A program made the position numbers and the translations under genes. DNA of 35,609 nucleotides from UHGV virus genome UHGV-0211441; one strand, written 5' to 3'. The stretch is from a virus. Position 1 is the first letter of the stretch. Each line of letters opens with the position of its first letter. A model generated the notes under the pieces. The model was not told where the DNA came from. It saw only the letters and a list, made by a program, of their open reading frames with translations, and made no database searches. This document shows positions 8,251 to 19,020 of this stretch, one piece after another.

Positions 8251-8396
8251 CCTCGCTAACAATCACCCCACAACCAGCCCGGCGGGGACGCCGGATACCT
8301 GATTTTCCCGCAATGCGCCAGCGCCAACCGCATTGTGCTGATTTGGGCCGGGAAACCGATACCCCGCAGGCGATACTTTCTGGAGTGATTGTTATG

Positions 8397-9305
8397 TCAT
8401 TTGATACCGCTAAGAACATGATCACCGCTGCGTATGTTCAGCAGTTCCATGATTCTTTCGAAATTGCCGCGCAGCAGAAGGATTCCCGCCTGCAAGCTGC
8501 TGTTTTCGACCGTGGCAACATTACCGGTGCGTCGTTCACCATCAACGATATGGGTACCATCGAAATGACCCAGATCACCGAGCGTTTCGGTGATACCGTC
8601 TGGGATCTGCCTGATGCCGGCACCCGTAATGCGCTGATGGCTGACTATGGCGTATTCGTGCCGGTGGAAAAGCGCGACCTGCGCAAACTGCTGGCTGACC
8701 CGCAGGGGCCATATTTGCAGCTGACGCTGGCCGCATCCAACCGCAAAAAAGATGATGTCATCTATCGCGCACTGCTGGATGACGTTCTGCGCAAAACCTC
8801 CAACACTGGCGCGTACGCTCCGGTTGCGCTTCCCGCATCGCAGAAAATCGTCGCCGGCGGTACCGGGATGACCAAAGCGAAGCTGATCGCCGCCAAAGCC
8901 ATGTTCCGTCGTAACGAGTGTGACGAGCAGAACGGTGAAGAGCTGTATATCACCTACAACGCCGACATGCTGACCCAAATCCTCAGCGATACCACGCTGA
9001 CCAGCGCCGATTTCATGGCAGTGAAAATGCTGCAGGAAGGCGCAGTGTCTGGTAACTGGCTGGGCTTTAAGTGGCTGGCGTATGAAAAACTGGATTCTGC
9101 TTCAGCAGGTGATCCCGCTGTCACCACCAAAACCGCCGCAGCTTGGTGTAAATCTGCTGTGCATTTCGGTACCGGCGAAGAGTACAACGTCGATATCGGC
9201 CCGCGCCGCGATAAAAACAACACCATTCAGATTTCCGTCGATGCGTCCTATGGCGCAGGCCGCGCAGCGGAAAACAAAGTAGTCGCCATCGATTTCGTAG
9301 CATAA
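8397..9305 (+). CDS. Major capsid protein (T7 gp10-like)
   Basis: 302 aa. SD GGAGTGA. Position follows scaffold, and the gene is followed by a strong terminator as with T7 gene 10/Tphi. Confidence 0.75.
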   Translation, partial: SFDTAKNMITAAYVQQFHDSFEIAAQQKDSRLQAAVFDRGNITGASFTINDMGTIEMTQITERFGDTVWDLPDAGTRNALMADYGVFVPVEKRDLRKLLADPQGPYLQLTLAASNRKKDDVIYRALLDDVLRKTSNTGAYAPVALPASQKIVAGGTGMTKAKLIAAKAMFRRNECDEQNGEELYITYNADMLTQILSDTTLTSADFMAVKMLQEGAVSGNWLGFKWLAYEKLDSASAGDPAVTTKTAAAWCKSAVHFGTGEEYNVDIGPRRDKNNTIQISVDASYGAGRAAENKVVAIDFVA

Positions 9306-9321
9306 AGCCGCTGGTGCCTTT

Positions 9322-9349
9322 GCCGGGGGATATCCCCCGGCCTTTTTTC
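9322..9349 (+). terminator. Strong rho-independent terminator (GCCGGGGGATATCCCCCGGC + TTTTTT) after the capsid gene
   Basis: Perfect 20-bp palindrome plus a T6 run, seen directly. Confidence 0.85.
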
Positions 9350-9364
9350 ATCTGAGGTAAGGCT

Positions 9365-9928
9365 ATGGCTGACAGTATTTCTATCTGCTCTAACGCACTG
9401 CTGGCGCTCGGCGCACACCCGATTAACAGTTTTGACGAAAACACCGATCACGCCCGCCTGTGCTCAAACCTTTATCCCACCGTACGCAATAAGCTGCTGC
9501 GCGCACATCCGTGGAACTGCGTTGTAAAACGTGTGGTTCTCTCTCCTGTCATTACAGCGCCGGTATTCGGTTTCCGCTTTCAGTTCGCACTACCCGGTGA
9601 TCTTCTTCGCGTTCTGTCCGTTGGTGAACCTTACGACGATATTCCGTACCGAGTCGAAGGCAACCGGCTGCTGGCGAACGTGCAGGTACTGAAGCTGCGT
9701 TATGTGTTTCGCAACGAAGACGAATCCACCTGGGATGCCGCGCTTGTTGATGTGGCGGAAATGATGATGCAGGCAAAGCTGGCCTATGCCGTCACCGGCT
9801 CTACCAGTCTGCGCGACAGTCTAGCCCAGGAATCGCTGGTACTGCTGAAGCAGGCGAAGGCTGTGGACGGTCAGGAAGACCCACCGGAAGAGCTTGGCGG
9901 CTATCCAACGTACGAATCGAGGTTCTGA
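9365..9928 (+). CDS. Tail tubular protein A (T7 gp11-like)
   Basis: 187 aa. The N-terminal segment resembles the N-terminal region of T7 gp11, as recalled from memory. Position after the capsid gene. Confidence 0.65.
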   Translation: MADSISICSNALLALGAHPINSFDENTDHARLCSNLYPTVRNKLLRAHPWNCVVKRVVLSPVITAPVFGFRFQFALPGDLLRVLSVGEPYDDIPYRVEGNRLLANVQVLKLRYVFRNEDESTWDAALVDVAEMMMQAKLAYAVTGSTSLRDSLAQESLVLLKQAKAVDGQEDPPEELGGYPTYESRF

Positions 9929-9929
9929 A

Positions 9930-11924
9930 ATGCGCGCCAATCTGATTAAAACAAACTTCACCGCCGGCGAAATTTCCCCGCGTCTAATGGGGCGTGTTGA
10001 TATCGATCGCTATGCAAACGGCGCGAAGACGCTGGAAAATAGCGTGGTCGTGGTGCAGGGCGGGGTAATGCGTCGCCCCGGCTCGCAGTTCGTAGCGGCC
10101 ACAAAGTACGGCGATAAAAAATCCCGCCTCATTCCGTACGTTTTCAATCGCACGCAGGCGTACATTCTGGAGTTTGGCGACGGCTATTTGCGAATTTACC
10201 AGGACGGTAAGCAGCTGGTGAACGAAGACAACACGCCGTACGAAATCGCCAGCCCGTACACCTCTGACATGTTGCCATCGGTAAATTACGTTCAGGGTGC
10301 TGATACCATGTTTCTGGTGCATCAGGCCGTTAAACCGCATCGCCTGCAGCGACGCGGGCAAACCGATTGGGTTCTGGAGCCAGCACCATTTATCGTTGAA
10401 CCCTTCGACGAAGTGCGCGACACGCCGCAAAAATGGTGCAAGCCATCAGTGAAAGAATTCGTCGGATCGGAAATCACGTTGACCCTGAGCGATGAAGAAC
10501 CGCCAGAAGGTAGCGAAGACCCGCCGCCGTTTACTGGTGATGGTTGGGTGTCTGAAGATGTGGGCTCGTACGTCAGGATTAACAGCGGTCTGGTGCTGAT
10601 TAAGAGCGTGACCAGTGCGCAGGTTGCCGTCGGTACCATTCGCACCGATTTAAGCGCAACGCAGGCAGCATCGCCGGGCGCCTGGACTCGCGAGGATTCC
10701 GTCTGGACGGATGAATTTGGATACCCGGGTGCAGTAACGCTTTACCAGCAGCGGCTGGTTCTGGCTGGTTCGCCGCAGTATCCGCAAACTATCTGGTGGA
10801 GCGAATCGGGCGTATACCTCTCTTTCGAGCTGGGAACCGATGACGACGACGCGATCAGCTTTACGCTGTCTTCTGACCAGCTTAACCCGATTGTGCACCT
10901 TGCACAGATGAATACGCTAATTGCGCTGACGTATGGCGGCGAGTTCACCATTACCGCCGGCAACGATGCGGCGATAACGCCTACCAATATTTCGGTAAAA
11001 AATCCCAGCCCGTACGGGTGCAATGGGATCCGCCCGGTGCGCGTCGGTACCGAGATTATGTTCGTTCAGCGTTCTGGACGTAAACTCTACGCTGTCGCCT
11101 ATGACCCCGACAGCTATGTAGCCTATTCGGCCAACGATATGACCGTACTGGCGGAACACATCACAGAAGGCGGCGTGATCGATATGGCGTATCAGCAACA
11201 ACCTGATGCGTTTACCTGGCTGGTTCGCAATGATGGCGTAATGGTGACGATGGCTATCGACCGGGCGCAGAACGTTGTCGCGTGGTCACGACAGATCACC
11301 AGTGGTGCGTTTGAGTCCGTAGCGACTATTCCCTCAGCGACTGACGATGTGGTGTACGCCATTGTGCGCCGTGCGGTCAACGGCCAGACCGTTCGCTATG
11401 TCGAAATGTTCAGTAACGCCCTGTACACCGATGCAGCCGTGACGGGATCCAGCGACGCCGGCGCAACGACATGGGGCGGCCTGTCGCACCTCGAAGGCGA
11501 GGCCGTCGATATTGTTGCAGACGGCTCTGTGATGCCGCAGGCGGTCGTATCATCCGGCCAAATCACGCTATCGCGTAAAGCCTACAAAGTCGAAATCGGC
11601 CTGCATTTTGAAACGACCATTACCACGCTGACGCCTGAAGTCGCTACATCAGAAGGTACCACGCAGAATACCCGCAAGCGCACCAGTGAAGTCACTATGC
11701 GTTTCCTCCAAACCACTGGCGCCGAGTGCAACGGCCAGGTGATCCCGTTCCGCACGTTCGGGCCAAAAATCCTCAACCAGCCGGCGCCGTTATTCACCGG
11801 CGATCACTACTGGGGAAAACTAGGCTGGGAACGCGGAGAAGACACGCTGACTATTCAGCAGCGCCAGCCGCTGCCGTTCCACCTTCTCGCCATTGTCATC
11901 GTCTTTACCAGCAACGGGGGCTAA
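9930..11924 (+). CDS. Tail tubular protein B (T7 gp12-like)
   Basis: 664 aa. ATG overlaps the gp11 stop (TGAAATG). SD is GAGG. Synteny supports the call. Confidence 0.6.
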   Translation: MRANLIKTNFTAGEISPRLMGRVDIDRYANGAKTLENSVVVVQGGVMRRPGSQFVAATKYGDKKSRLIPYVFNRTQAYILEFGDGYLRIYQDGKQLVNEDNTPYEIASPYTSDMLPSVNYVQGADTMFLVHQAVKPHRLQRRGQTDWVLEPAPFIVEPFDEVRDTPQKWCKPSVKEFVGSEITLTLSDEEPPEGSEDPPPFTGDGWVSEDVGSYVRINSGLVLIKSVTSAQVAVGTIRTDLSATQAASPGAWTREDSVWTDEFGYPGAVTLYQQRLVLAGSPQYPQTIWWSESGVYLSFELGTDDDDAISFTLSSDQLNPIVHLAQMNTLIALTYGGEFTITAGNDAAITPTNISVKNPSPYGCNGIRPVRVGTEIMFVQRSGRKLYAVAYDPDSYVAYSANDMTVLAEHITEGGVIDMAYQQQPDAFTWLVRNDGVMVTMAIDRAQNVVAWSRQITSGAFESVATIPSATDDVVYAIVRRAVNGQTVRYVEMFSNALYTDAAVTGSSDAGATTWGGLSHLEGEAVDIVADGSVMPQAVVSSGQITLSRKAYKVEIGLHFETTITTLTPEVATSEGTTQNTRKRTSEVTMRFLQTTGAECNGQVIPFRTFGPKILNQPAPLFTGDHYWGKLGWERGEDTLTIQQRQPLPFHLLAIVIVFTSNGG

Positions 11925-12376
11925 TGATGATTCGTAACGCCACAGCCGGGGATATTCCGGCGCTTATCGAGCTGGGAACCCGGATGTATCTCGAGTCCCG
12001 TTACTCGCAAAACTCGCCGTTTGATGCTGATAAATGCGCAGAACTGGCGCAAAGCCTGATTTATTCGCCGTCTGGTTGCGTACTGGTCGCCGAAAAAGAC
12101 GGGCAGGTGATCGGCTGGCTTGGCGGCGGTATTGCCGAGCAATTTTTTTCCCGCCAGTTGATGGCCTTCGAGTATGGCTTATTCGTCGCGCCAGAACATC
12201 GTGGCGGCAGCGCCGGCCCGAGACTGGCCCGCGCGTTTATCGACTGGTCAAAAGAGCACGGCGCCGCCGTTATCAACATGGGGATCACCACTGGGGTGCA
12301 CGCAGAACGCACCGGCCAGTTGTATTCGCGTCTCGGCCTGCAGCAAACAGGCCTGCTTTATTCGATGGAGGTTTAA
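11925..12376 (+). CDS. GNAT-family N-acetyltransferase (RimI-like size), embedded in the virion module
   Basis: 150 aa. Acetyl-CoA binding motif VIGWLGGGIAEQF...RGGSAGPRL (Q/RxxGxG/A-like). Confidence 0.7.
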
Positions 12377-12378
12377 CG

Positions 12379-12867
12379 ATGTGCACTGGCGTAGAAATTG
12401 CCCTGGTGGCGTCCACGGTGTTAGCCGCTGGCGGCGCAGCGTATAGCGGCCAGCAGCAGAAAAAAATGGCGAATTATCAGGCCGCCCAGGCTGAAGCTGA
12501 CGCTGACGCGTCAAAAGCGGCTGCAAAGGTTGAAGCCGACCGTATCCGTAAAGCCGGGCGTGAACAGGCTGCTGCGGCTAACGCTTCGCTGGCGGCGTCG
12601 GGTGTTGAAACCGGCGAAGGTACCGCGCTGCGTATCACCTCTGGAATTACTGAAGACGCCGAACAGGACGCCTACCAGACGATCCTTAATGGCGTGAATT
12701 CGTCTAACCGTCTGCAGGCGCAGGCGCAAGCTGACCGCATCAGCGGAAGAAATGCAGCGACGGCTGGAAACATCAGCGCCGGCAGTTCGCTTTTAAGCGC
12801 TGGCGGGACGGCGTATAGCGGCTGGCAAAAGGCTAAAACTGGCAAATACGGATTATATGCGGAGTAA
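12379..12867 (+). CDS. Internal virion protein candidate (gp13/gp14-like), Ala/Gln-rich
   Basis: 162 aa. SD GGAGG. The tool's 277-aa ORF (12034..12867) is an in-frame upstream extension. Confidence 0.4.
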   Translation: MCTGVEIALVASTVLAAGGAAYSGQQQKKMANYQAAQAEADADASKAAAKVEADRIRKAGREQAAAANASLAASGVETGEGTALRITSGITEDAEQDAYQTILNGVNSSNRLQAQAQADRISGRNAATAGNISAGSSLLSAGGTAYSGWQKAKTGKYGLYAE

Positions 12868-12872
12868 TAAAA

Positions 12873-15587
12873 GTGAGAATTCCAACGGGTAATTTTGGCA
12901 ATGTAACGCCGCAGGTACAACCTACGCGCGTCGCAGTAAGCAATGTGGGCGCTGTGGGTAACGCAGTATCCGGTTTTGGTGCTGCTGCGGGGCAGGTAGC
13001 AGAGCAGGTGCAGCGCGATCAGGATAAAGCCGACGTAGCGGCCACGCAGGCTATTCTGACCGATCTGGAAGCTAAATCTAATGACCGCTGGGAAAACCCG
13101 GAGACGGGCGCCACGGTCACGCGTCAGGGCTTTAAATCGTCCGGTGTGGTCACTGATATGGATAAGGCCGATGCTGGCGATTACGAGGAAGCGCGCAAGC
13201 GCGTTCCGCCCAGCCAGTTAAACTATTTTGATGCTCAGTGGAAAGCGGGGCAGGTACGCCGGACAAGCACCTATAGCGGTTTTGAACGTGCACAGACTGA
13301 GGAAGCCCAACGCCAGCAGCTTAACGCGACGGTGACCTCTTCAGTTGAACAGGAGGCCAGCGCCTACGATAACCCGATGCAGGCAGGGCTGATACGCAGC
13401 GCCCGTAAACACTCTATCGAGATGTATGGCCAGGCGCGCGGCTGGCCGCAGGAACGTATCGACGCGGCGGTATCGGAAGCGAACCAAAAAGCGCTGGAGC
13501 AGCGCGCGCAGAACTACGCGGTAACCAATCCAACCGGCTGGCTTAATGGCGATTTTACGCTGGTCAACAGTAGCACCGGCGAACTTGATATGCGCGCCGT
13601 TGGCCTGGTGGAATCTGGCGGCAAGCACCGCAATGCAGACGGTAGCCTTGTTACATCCCCCGCGGGCGCGCAGGGTGAATTCCAGTTGATGCCTGACACC
13701 GGGAAAGAACTGGCGTCTAAACGTGGCGTAGAGTACAACCCGGACGACCCTGTGCAGCATGCGCAGCTGGCGCGCGATTATGCGGGGCAGCTCAGTAAAA
13801 AATATCAGTCTGAAACGTTAGCCGGCGCTGCGTATAACTGGGGGATGGGTAACGTCGATAAGCTGATCGCTAAAGTCGGCGACCCGCGAAAAGGCGAAAT
13901 CTCAATGGCGGATTTTGTTAAGCAGCTGCCAGCCGAAACGCGTGGTTGGCTTTCTCGCTACAACAAAAACAAAACTGGTCTCGACCCGGTAGCAGTAAAC
14001 AAAATCGACAATATCGCCGAATCGCAGATCCGCCAGCAGCGTACGGCGCTTCGCCAGCAGATGGAGCCAATCGTTAATAATACATTTTCTCAGCTGTACA
14101 ACGGTGATGTTCCCGAAGCGATGCCTAATGCCGAAACCATCATGTTCATGTACGGCGAGAAAGGGCAGCAGGTAGTAAAGCAGCTGGATATCGCGATAGA
14201 TACCGCCAGAACATTCCAGGCTATCCAGTACGTTACCCCGGCAGAACAGCAGGCCGAACTGGCGAAAGTGAAGCCGCAGGCAAACGACCCGGATTATGCG
14301 CTGAAACTCGATGCGTATGGCAAACTCAGTGCGCTGGTGCAGAAGAGCAACGCCAATATTCAGGCGCAGCGTGATTCCGCCCGTTTTAATGACGCGCTGC
14401 TCTCCGGCGAGAAACTCGACCCGAGCAACAAATCCATGCAGAAGGCGGCGGACAATACGCCATCGGCGCTTAACTTCCGCATTAACGACGCCACCACTCA
14501 CGACGCCATCGTACAGCAGGTTAACCAGACGGGCATTATCCCATCGCAAGTTACATCGCAGCTGAATGCTATTTCTCGCTCTGATAGCCCAGACGTGGTG
14601 AAGCAGGGGGCTAATTTGTTCGATTCCCTGTACAGGGCGGATCCTGCATCTATTAGCGACATGCCAAAGGATATGCAAAGTTTTTACCTGACAGTTAAAC
14701 AGTTATCCGATGCTGGAATGGCACCCGATGCGGCTGTAAAACAAGCGCAGAACGTTACTTATAACCAGACTGACGCCCTGAAATCGCAATTGTCTTCTAC
14801 GCAGAGCACGAAGGAATACAAAAAAGAGCGTGCCAGCGCGATGGGTTCCGCAGTCAGCAGCATGAAACCATGGTACAGCTTTGGCGGTCCTGCAGCGGAT
14901 GACCAGAATCTTAACGCCGTCAATTTCCGTAACGACTACCAGTCACTTTATGACATCAACTATCGCAACTCGGGTGGTAATGCTGATGTTGCCAAAAAGA
15001 TGACTAATACCCAGATCGCCCGTACCTGGAGTCTTAGCGATGTAAATGGCAGCACCCAGTTTATGAAATACGCGCCTGAAGCGCTCTATAACTACGGGCC
15101 GTCTGGTTGGCAGGCTGCGCAGTGGAAAGAAGAAAAAGAGCGTCTGACTTATGGCGAACGCGGAGAAAAAATTGAAACCAGTCCGACCCAACTAGGAATT
15201 ACATCAGGTTCAGCCCCTGTTATTACATCAAATACACCTGAATCCCGAATCGGTGGTGAACTGGAAATTATCCCTGACGTTTTAACCACGCGTAACGGTG
15301 ATTACGCCATTATGGTACGCATGAAAGATAAAGATGGTAACGAGAGCGTACAGCCATATTACGATAAATTCAGACGTCCCATGCGCTGGAAACCGTCGCT
15401 GGAAGACTGGGAACCATATAAAAAAATGCAGCAAGAGAGAGAACAAAAAGATCAGGAAAAAGTTATTCGTGGTGAAAGTAGATATGACTTTAAAACGAAG
15501 CATCGCGCGCTCGATGAGCAATATCAGCGTTTGCATGATGAGCGTATGAACCGGGTTAAAAACTACTTTTCATGGAGCAATGAATAA
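12873..15587 (+). CDS. Internal virion/ejection protein with soluble lytic transglycosylase (SLT) domain (T7 gp16 N-terminal-like)
   Basis: 904 aa, GTG start with GGAG. SLT motifs: LVESGG (catalytic Glu-Ser), GEFQLMP, AAYNWG. Confidence 0.75.
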   Translation: MRIPTGNFGNVTPQVQPTRVAVSNVGAVGNAVSGFGAAAGQVAEQVQRDQDKADVAATQAILTDLEAKSNDRWENPETGATVTRQGFKSSGVVTDMDKADAGDYEEARKRVPPSQLNYFDAQWKAGQVRRTSTYSGFERAQTEEAQRQQLNATVTSSVEQEASAYDNPMQAGLIRSARKHSIEMYGQARGWPQERIDAAVSEANQKALEQRAQNYAVTNPTGWLNGDFTLVNSSTGELDMRAVGLVESGGKHRNADGSLVTSPAGAQGEFQLMPDTGKELASKRGVEYNPDDPVQHAQLARDYAGQLSKKYQSETLAGAAYNWGMGNVDKLIAKVGDPRKGEISMADFVKQLPAETRGWLSRYNKNKTGLDPVAVNKIDNIAESQIRQQRTALRQQMEPIVNNTFSQLYNGDVPEAMPNAETIMFMYGEKGQQVVKQLDIAIDTARTFQAIQYVTPAEQQAELAKVKPQANDPDYALKLDAYGKLSALVQKSNANIQAQRDSARFNDALLSGEKLDPSNKSMQKAADNTPSALNFRINDATTHDAIVQQVNQTGIIPSQVTSQLNAISRSDSPDVVKQGANLFDSLYRADPASISDMPKDMQSFYLTVKQLSDAGMAPDAAVKQAQNVTYNQTDALKSQLSSTQSTKEYKKERASAMGSAVSSMKPWYSFGGPAADDQNLNAVNFRNDYQSLYDINYRNSGGNADVAKKMTNTQIARTWSLSDVNGSTQFMKYAPEALYNYGPSGWQAAQWKEEKERLTYGERGEKIETSPTQLGITSGSAPVITSNTPESRIGGELEIIPDVLTTRNGDYAIMVRMKDKDGNESVQPYYDKFRRPMRWKPSLEDWEPYKKMQQEREQKDQEKVIRGESRYDFKTKHRALDEQYQRLHDERMNRVKNYFSWSNE

Positions 15588-18481
15588 TGCCTATCTATCC
15601 GCAATCTGATGTTCCAACTAGCGTAATGGATAATGCCCTTCAGGCACCAACGGGTTTTGATGTGTCGTTGCCAGAAGGTACAAACCCGGAACCCCAGCAA
15701 CCACAGCCGTCTGTTTGGGGCGCAGCTTTTCGTCAGAATAATCTTTTGGCTGGAATGTTCCGCCCGGCTAAGCAGTTTGAACCCGTAGAGGGGTATAACC
15801 CTTATGCGGATAAAAGCGAAATAAAGGGCTACGAGCACTGGGGTACCGCTTTCGCGGATTCTCGATCGCCAGAGGAAACCGCCTGGATTAAAAACCAGAT
15901 AGACGATGAAAACGAAGACCGCCGGGTTCTGTCTGAAGCAGGTGCTGAAGGAACTTTAGCCAGTATAGCCGCCGGAGTTATCGACCCCGTCACAGTCGCA
16001 TCGATGTTTATCCCCGGTGCGCAGGGAAGCCTGGCGGTTCGTATTGGTTCTCAGGTTGCTATTGGCGCCGCCGGTACCGCGCTTAGCGAGATCGCGCTCA
16101 ATAACGAGCAGTACACCAGAACAGCAAGGGAGAGCGCCGCACACATCACAGCCGGCGCACTTCTCAGCGGTGTATTTGCCACTGCTGGCGCGATGATCAC
16201 CCCGTCGGTAAGAAACGCGGCCACGCGTGAAGTGGCGGAGGCGCTCGATAATATGAACGCCTCGCCAACGATTAACAACGCAGCCGACGCCCTGGCGGAT
16301 ACCTTACCGAATGGTGGCAGCGTCGGCGCCATGCGTATTCGCGAAGCGACACTGGAAGATCTCACGCCAGTGTCTGGCGGCCCGCTTGGGAAGCTGGCTA
16401 AAAAGGCTGGTAGCTATCTGACGCCGATCACCCGCCTGATGGAATCCCCATCAAAAGAAGCGCGCCGGACAGCGCTGGAGCTGGCAGAGAATAACTTCAC
16501 GCTGGAAGGCAACCTGCGCGGTATTGAAACGCCGGTTGCAGCTGAGACGCGCGTACGTGGCTGGCGCCGCGAAGAGGCGGCCGTCGTTACTGCGAATAAG
16601 CAGGCATACACCCAGTACAAAGCCGAAGGCGGCGATATGGGCTATACGGCCTTCCGTGAACAGGTTGGCGAGGCGCTGCGCAACGGCGACGTGCACGTGA
16701 ATGCGAAAGTGCAGGAAGCGGCACAGGCAATGCGCACAGTCATTAACCGCGTGAAGACGGCACAGCAGGAACTGGGCTTGCTTCCGCCGGATGCCGAACT
16801 GAAAGCGATGGGACAGACCAGCTATTTCCCGCGCGTGTACAAGGTAGGGAAAATCGTTAGCGAGCGCGATAAATTCCGCAATATGCTGGTTGACTGGTGG
16901 TCACGCGGTGAGAAAACCATGTCTCGCGAAGATGCAGAAATCGCTGCCGATACCACGATTAACCGTATTGTCGGGGCCAAAATTCCTCAGGAGTTCGCCA
17001 ACGTCTTTATGGTGAAAGCGCCGGGTAGCACTAAATCGCGCACGTTGAGCGTTCCCGATCGCCTGATGAAAGATTATCTGGAGAGCGACGCTAACTACGT
17101 CCTGCAGCGTCATATTCGTGAAGCCTCGGCAGAAATCGAATTAACTCGCACCTTCGGCAACAAGTCGTTGGATTCGCAGCTCGCTGCCATCCAGGACGAA
17201 TACGATGCGCTGATGCGTTTACGCCCGGCAGAGCAGGAAAAGCTGGCGAGGGCACGCGAAGCCGACCTGCGCGATATTCTGGCGCTCCGCGATCGCCTCG
17301 TTGGTACCTACGGTATGCCGGATGACCCATCATCATTTTTCGTCCGCGCCGGTGCTTTCCTGCGTAGCGCCAACTTTGTAACGAAACTTGGCGGCATGAC
17401 GGTATCCGCTATCCCGGATCTGGCACGCGGCATGATGGTTAACGGCTTCAGCAATACCATGCGTGGGTATGGCGCACTGATCACCCGCTCGCCGGCTTAC
17501 CTCGCCAGCCGGGCGGAGCAGAAGAAAATGGCCGTTGGGCTGGAAACCATACTGCATACCCGCGCGCGTACGATGGGGGATCTGGTCGATAGCTCTTCAC
17601 GTACAACAGCTGCAGAAGCTGGCATGGAACGTATTACCGATGTGTTCGGCAAGCTGACCATGATGGGCCACTTTGACGATATGAACAAATCGGTGAATGG
17701 CATGATCACGTCCGACGGTATTCTGTCCGGCGCATTCCCTGCGAAGCGCCTGGCAAAACTCGGCATCAATGAGAATATGGCCGAACGCATTCAGCGAGAA
17801 TTTCAGAAGCACGGCGAAATTATTCAGGGCTGGCATATTGGCAATTTCGAAAAATGGGATGACCAGTACGCTGCCGGCTTGCTGCAATCTGCTGTGCTGA
17901 AGGATGTAAACAATACCGTTATCACGCCGGGTATCGGCGATACGCCGCTGTGGGCCAGTACCCCGCTGGGGAAAACTGTATTCCAGTTTAAGTCTTTTGC
18001 TACAGCGTCATATAACCGCGCGACTCTCGGCGGTCTGCAGGAAGGTACCGCGCAATTCTATTACGGTACCGCCTTCCAGATTGGCCTGGGCTCTTTGACC
18101 TATGCGCTTAAGCAGGCGGCTAACGGTCGGGAGGTTGATTTGACGCCGCAAAAGATGGTACTCGAGGGCATCGACCGTTCTGGTATCCTCGGCCCGCTGA
18201 TGGAGTATAACAACATGGCGGAAAAGGCAACTGGTGGGATGATAGGACTCGGGCCATTGCTCGGCACCGGTACGCAGTCCCGCTACGCCAGCCGTGGCTT
18301 TATCGGTTCTGCTCTGGGGCCAACCTTTGGCCTGCTGGATACCGTTACCGATGTAACCGCAGGCGTGCTCAATGGCGACGCCGGCGACCGAGTGCTGCAT
18401 AGCGTGCGTACGCTGTTACCAGGTAATAATCTGTTCTGGATTGCGCCGCTGATTAACCAGGTAGACCCCGGTATGCGATAG
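15587..18481 (+). CDS. Internal virion core protein (gp15/gp16-like)
   Basis: 964 aa, ATGA overlap with the upstream gene. Size and synteny support the call. Confidence 0.55.
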   Translation: MPIYPQSDVPTSVMDNALQAPTGFDVSLPEGTNPEPQQPQPSVWGAAFRQNNLLAGMFRPAKQFEPVEGYNPYADKSEIKGYEHWGTAFADSRSPEETAWIKNQIDDENEDRRVLSEAGAEGTLASIAAGVIDPVTVASMFIPGAQGSLAVRIGSQVAIGAAGTALSEIALNNEQYTRTARESAAHITAGALLSGVFATAGAMITPSVRNAATREVAEALDNMNASPTINNAADALADTLPNGGSVGAMRIREATLEDLTPVSGGPLGKLAKKAGSYLTPITRLMESPSKEARRTALELAENNFTLEGNLRGIETPVAAETRVRGWRREEAAVVTANKQAYTQYKAEGGDMGYTAFREQVGEALRNGDVHVNAKVQEAAQAMRTVINRVKTAQQELGLLPPDAELKAMGQTSYFPRVYKVGKIVSERDKFRNMLVDWWSRGEKTMSREDAEIAADTTINRIVGAKIPQEFANVFMVKAPGSTKSRTLSVPDRLMKDYLESDANYVLQRHIREASAEIELTRTFGNKSLDSQLAAIQDEYDALMRLRPAEQEKLARAREADLRDILALRDRLVGTYGMPDDPSSFFVRAGAFLRSANFVTKLGGMTVSAIPDLARGMMVNGFSNTMRGYGALITRSPAYLASRAEQKKMAVGLETILHTRARTMGDLVDSSSRTTAAEAGMERITDVFGKLTMMGHFDDMNKSVNGMITSDGILSGAFPAKRLAKLGINENMAERIQREFQKHGEIIQGWHIGNFEKWDDQYAAGLLQSAVLKDVNNTVITPGIGDTPLWASTPLGKTVFQFKSFATASYNRATLGGLQEGTAQFYYGTAFQIGLGSLTYALKQAANGREVDLTPQKMVLEGIDRSGILGPLMEYNNMAEKATGGMIGLGPLLGTGTQSRYASRGFIGSALGPTFGLLDTVTDVTAGVLNGDAGDRVLHSVRTLLPGNNLFWIAPLINQVDPGMR

Positions 18482-19003
18482 CTATTTCGATTTACATGAT
18501 TCTGGAGAAACCCCAAACCCAAATATGAGGGTTTTTCCTGAATCACTGTAGTAATTGAGCATTATTGTCTTATGTTCTTTCCGTGCTTCGTAGAATAGTC
18601 TCTCCTGTGATGACATAGGGTAAATACCATCAGGTGTACAATATAATTTTTTTAGGTCTTCTTTTGTCGAATTTATAGCTGCTTCCGAGGAGGATTTTAT
18701 AAAATCCTTTGTGTAAACGTTATCGCCGTAACTGAATACAGTTTTACTTCCTTCCGCATAATTTTTATTAGATTCGCTTAGGTCTGCATTCTCTTTGTAG
18801 GAACGTAGGTTTAATACTGACACATTTAGTACAATTTTTTTACCGTTATCGATACCGCTAATGACCTTATAGTCAGTGTACGGGTTAGTAATTTGTATTC
18901 CTGGGCCTGATATTGGGACGATATATCCTGAATCCTCAATTAAATCTGTGGAGGCAGAGGCAATCAAGGGAAAAATTAGCAATAATGGGATGAGTTTTTT
19001 CAT
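18482..19003 (-). CDS. Secreted/periplasmic protein of unknown function (moron), signal peptide MKKLIPLLLIFPLIASA|ST, two Cys
   Basis: 173 aa, antisense to the structural operon. Markedly AT-rich and Asn/Lys/Ser-rich. Signal peptide with AxA signal-peptidase I cleavage site, no lipobox. Confidence 0.65.
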   Translation of the reverse strand: MKKLIPLLLIFPLIASASTDLIEDSGYIVPISGPGIQITNPYTDYKVISGIDNGKKIVLNVSVLNLRSYKENADLSESNKNYAEGSKTVFSYGDNVYTKDFIKSSSEAAINSTKEDLKKLYCTPDGIYPMSSQERLFYEARKEHKTIMLNYYSDSGKTLIFGFGVSPESCKSK

Positions 19004-19020
19004 TCTAATGTTCCTTGTGA

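Noticed and set aside
12034-12867. 277-aa ORF reported by the track
   Set aside because: Its N-terminal 115 codons overlap the GNAT gene in another frame. The real start is the ATG at 12379, preceded by GGAGG.
13902-14678. 258-aa minus-strand ORF
   Set aside because: Antisense within the SLT-domain internal virion protein gene. Same reasoning as the other high-GC antisense ORFs.
18513-18540. AAACCC-N8-GGGTTT hairpin plus T-run as terminator of the virion operon
   Set aside because: It lies inside the coding sequence (C-terminus) of the minus-strand secreted-protein gene, so it was not called as a terminator.
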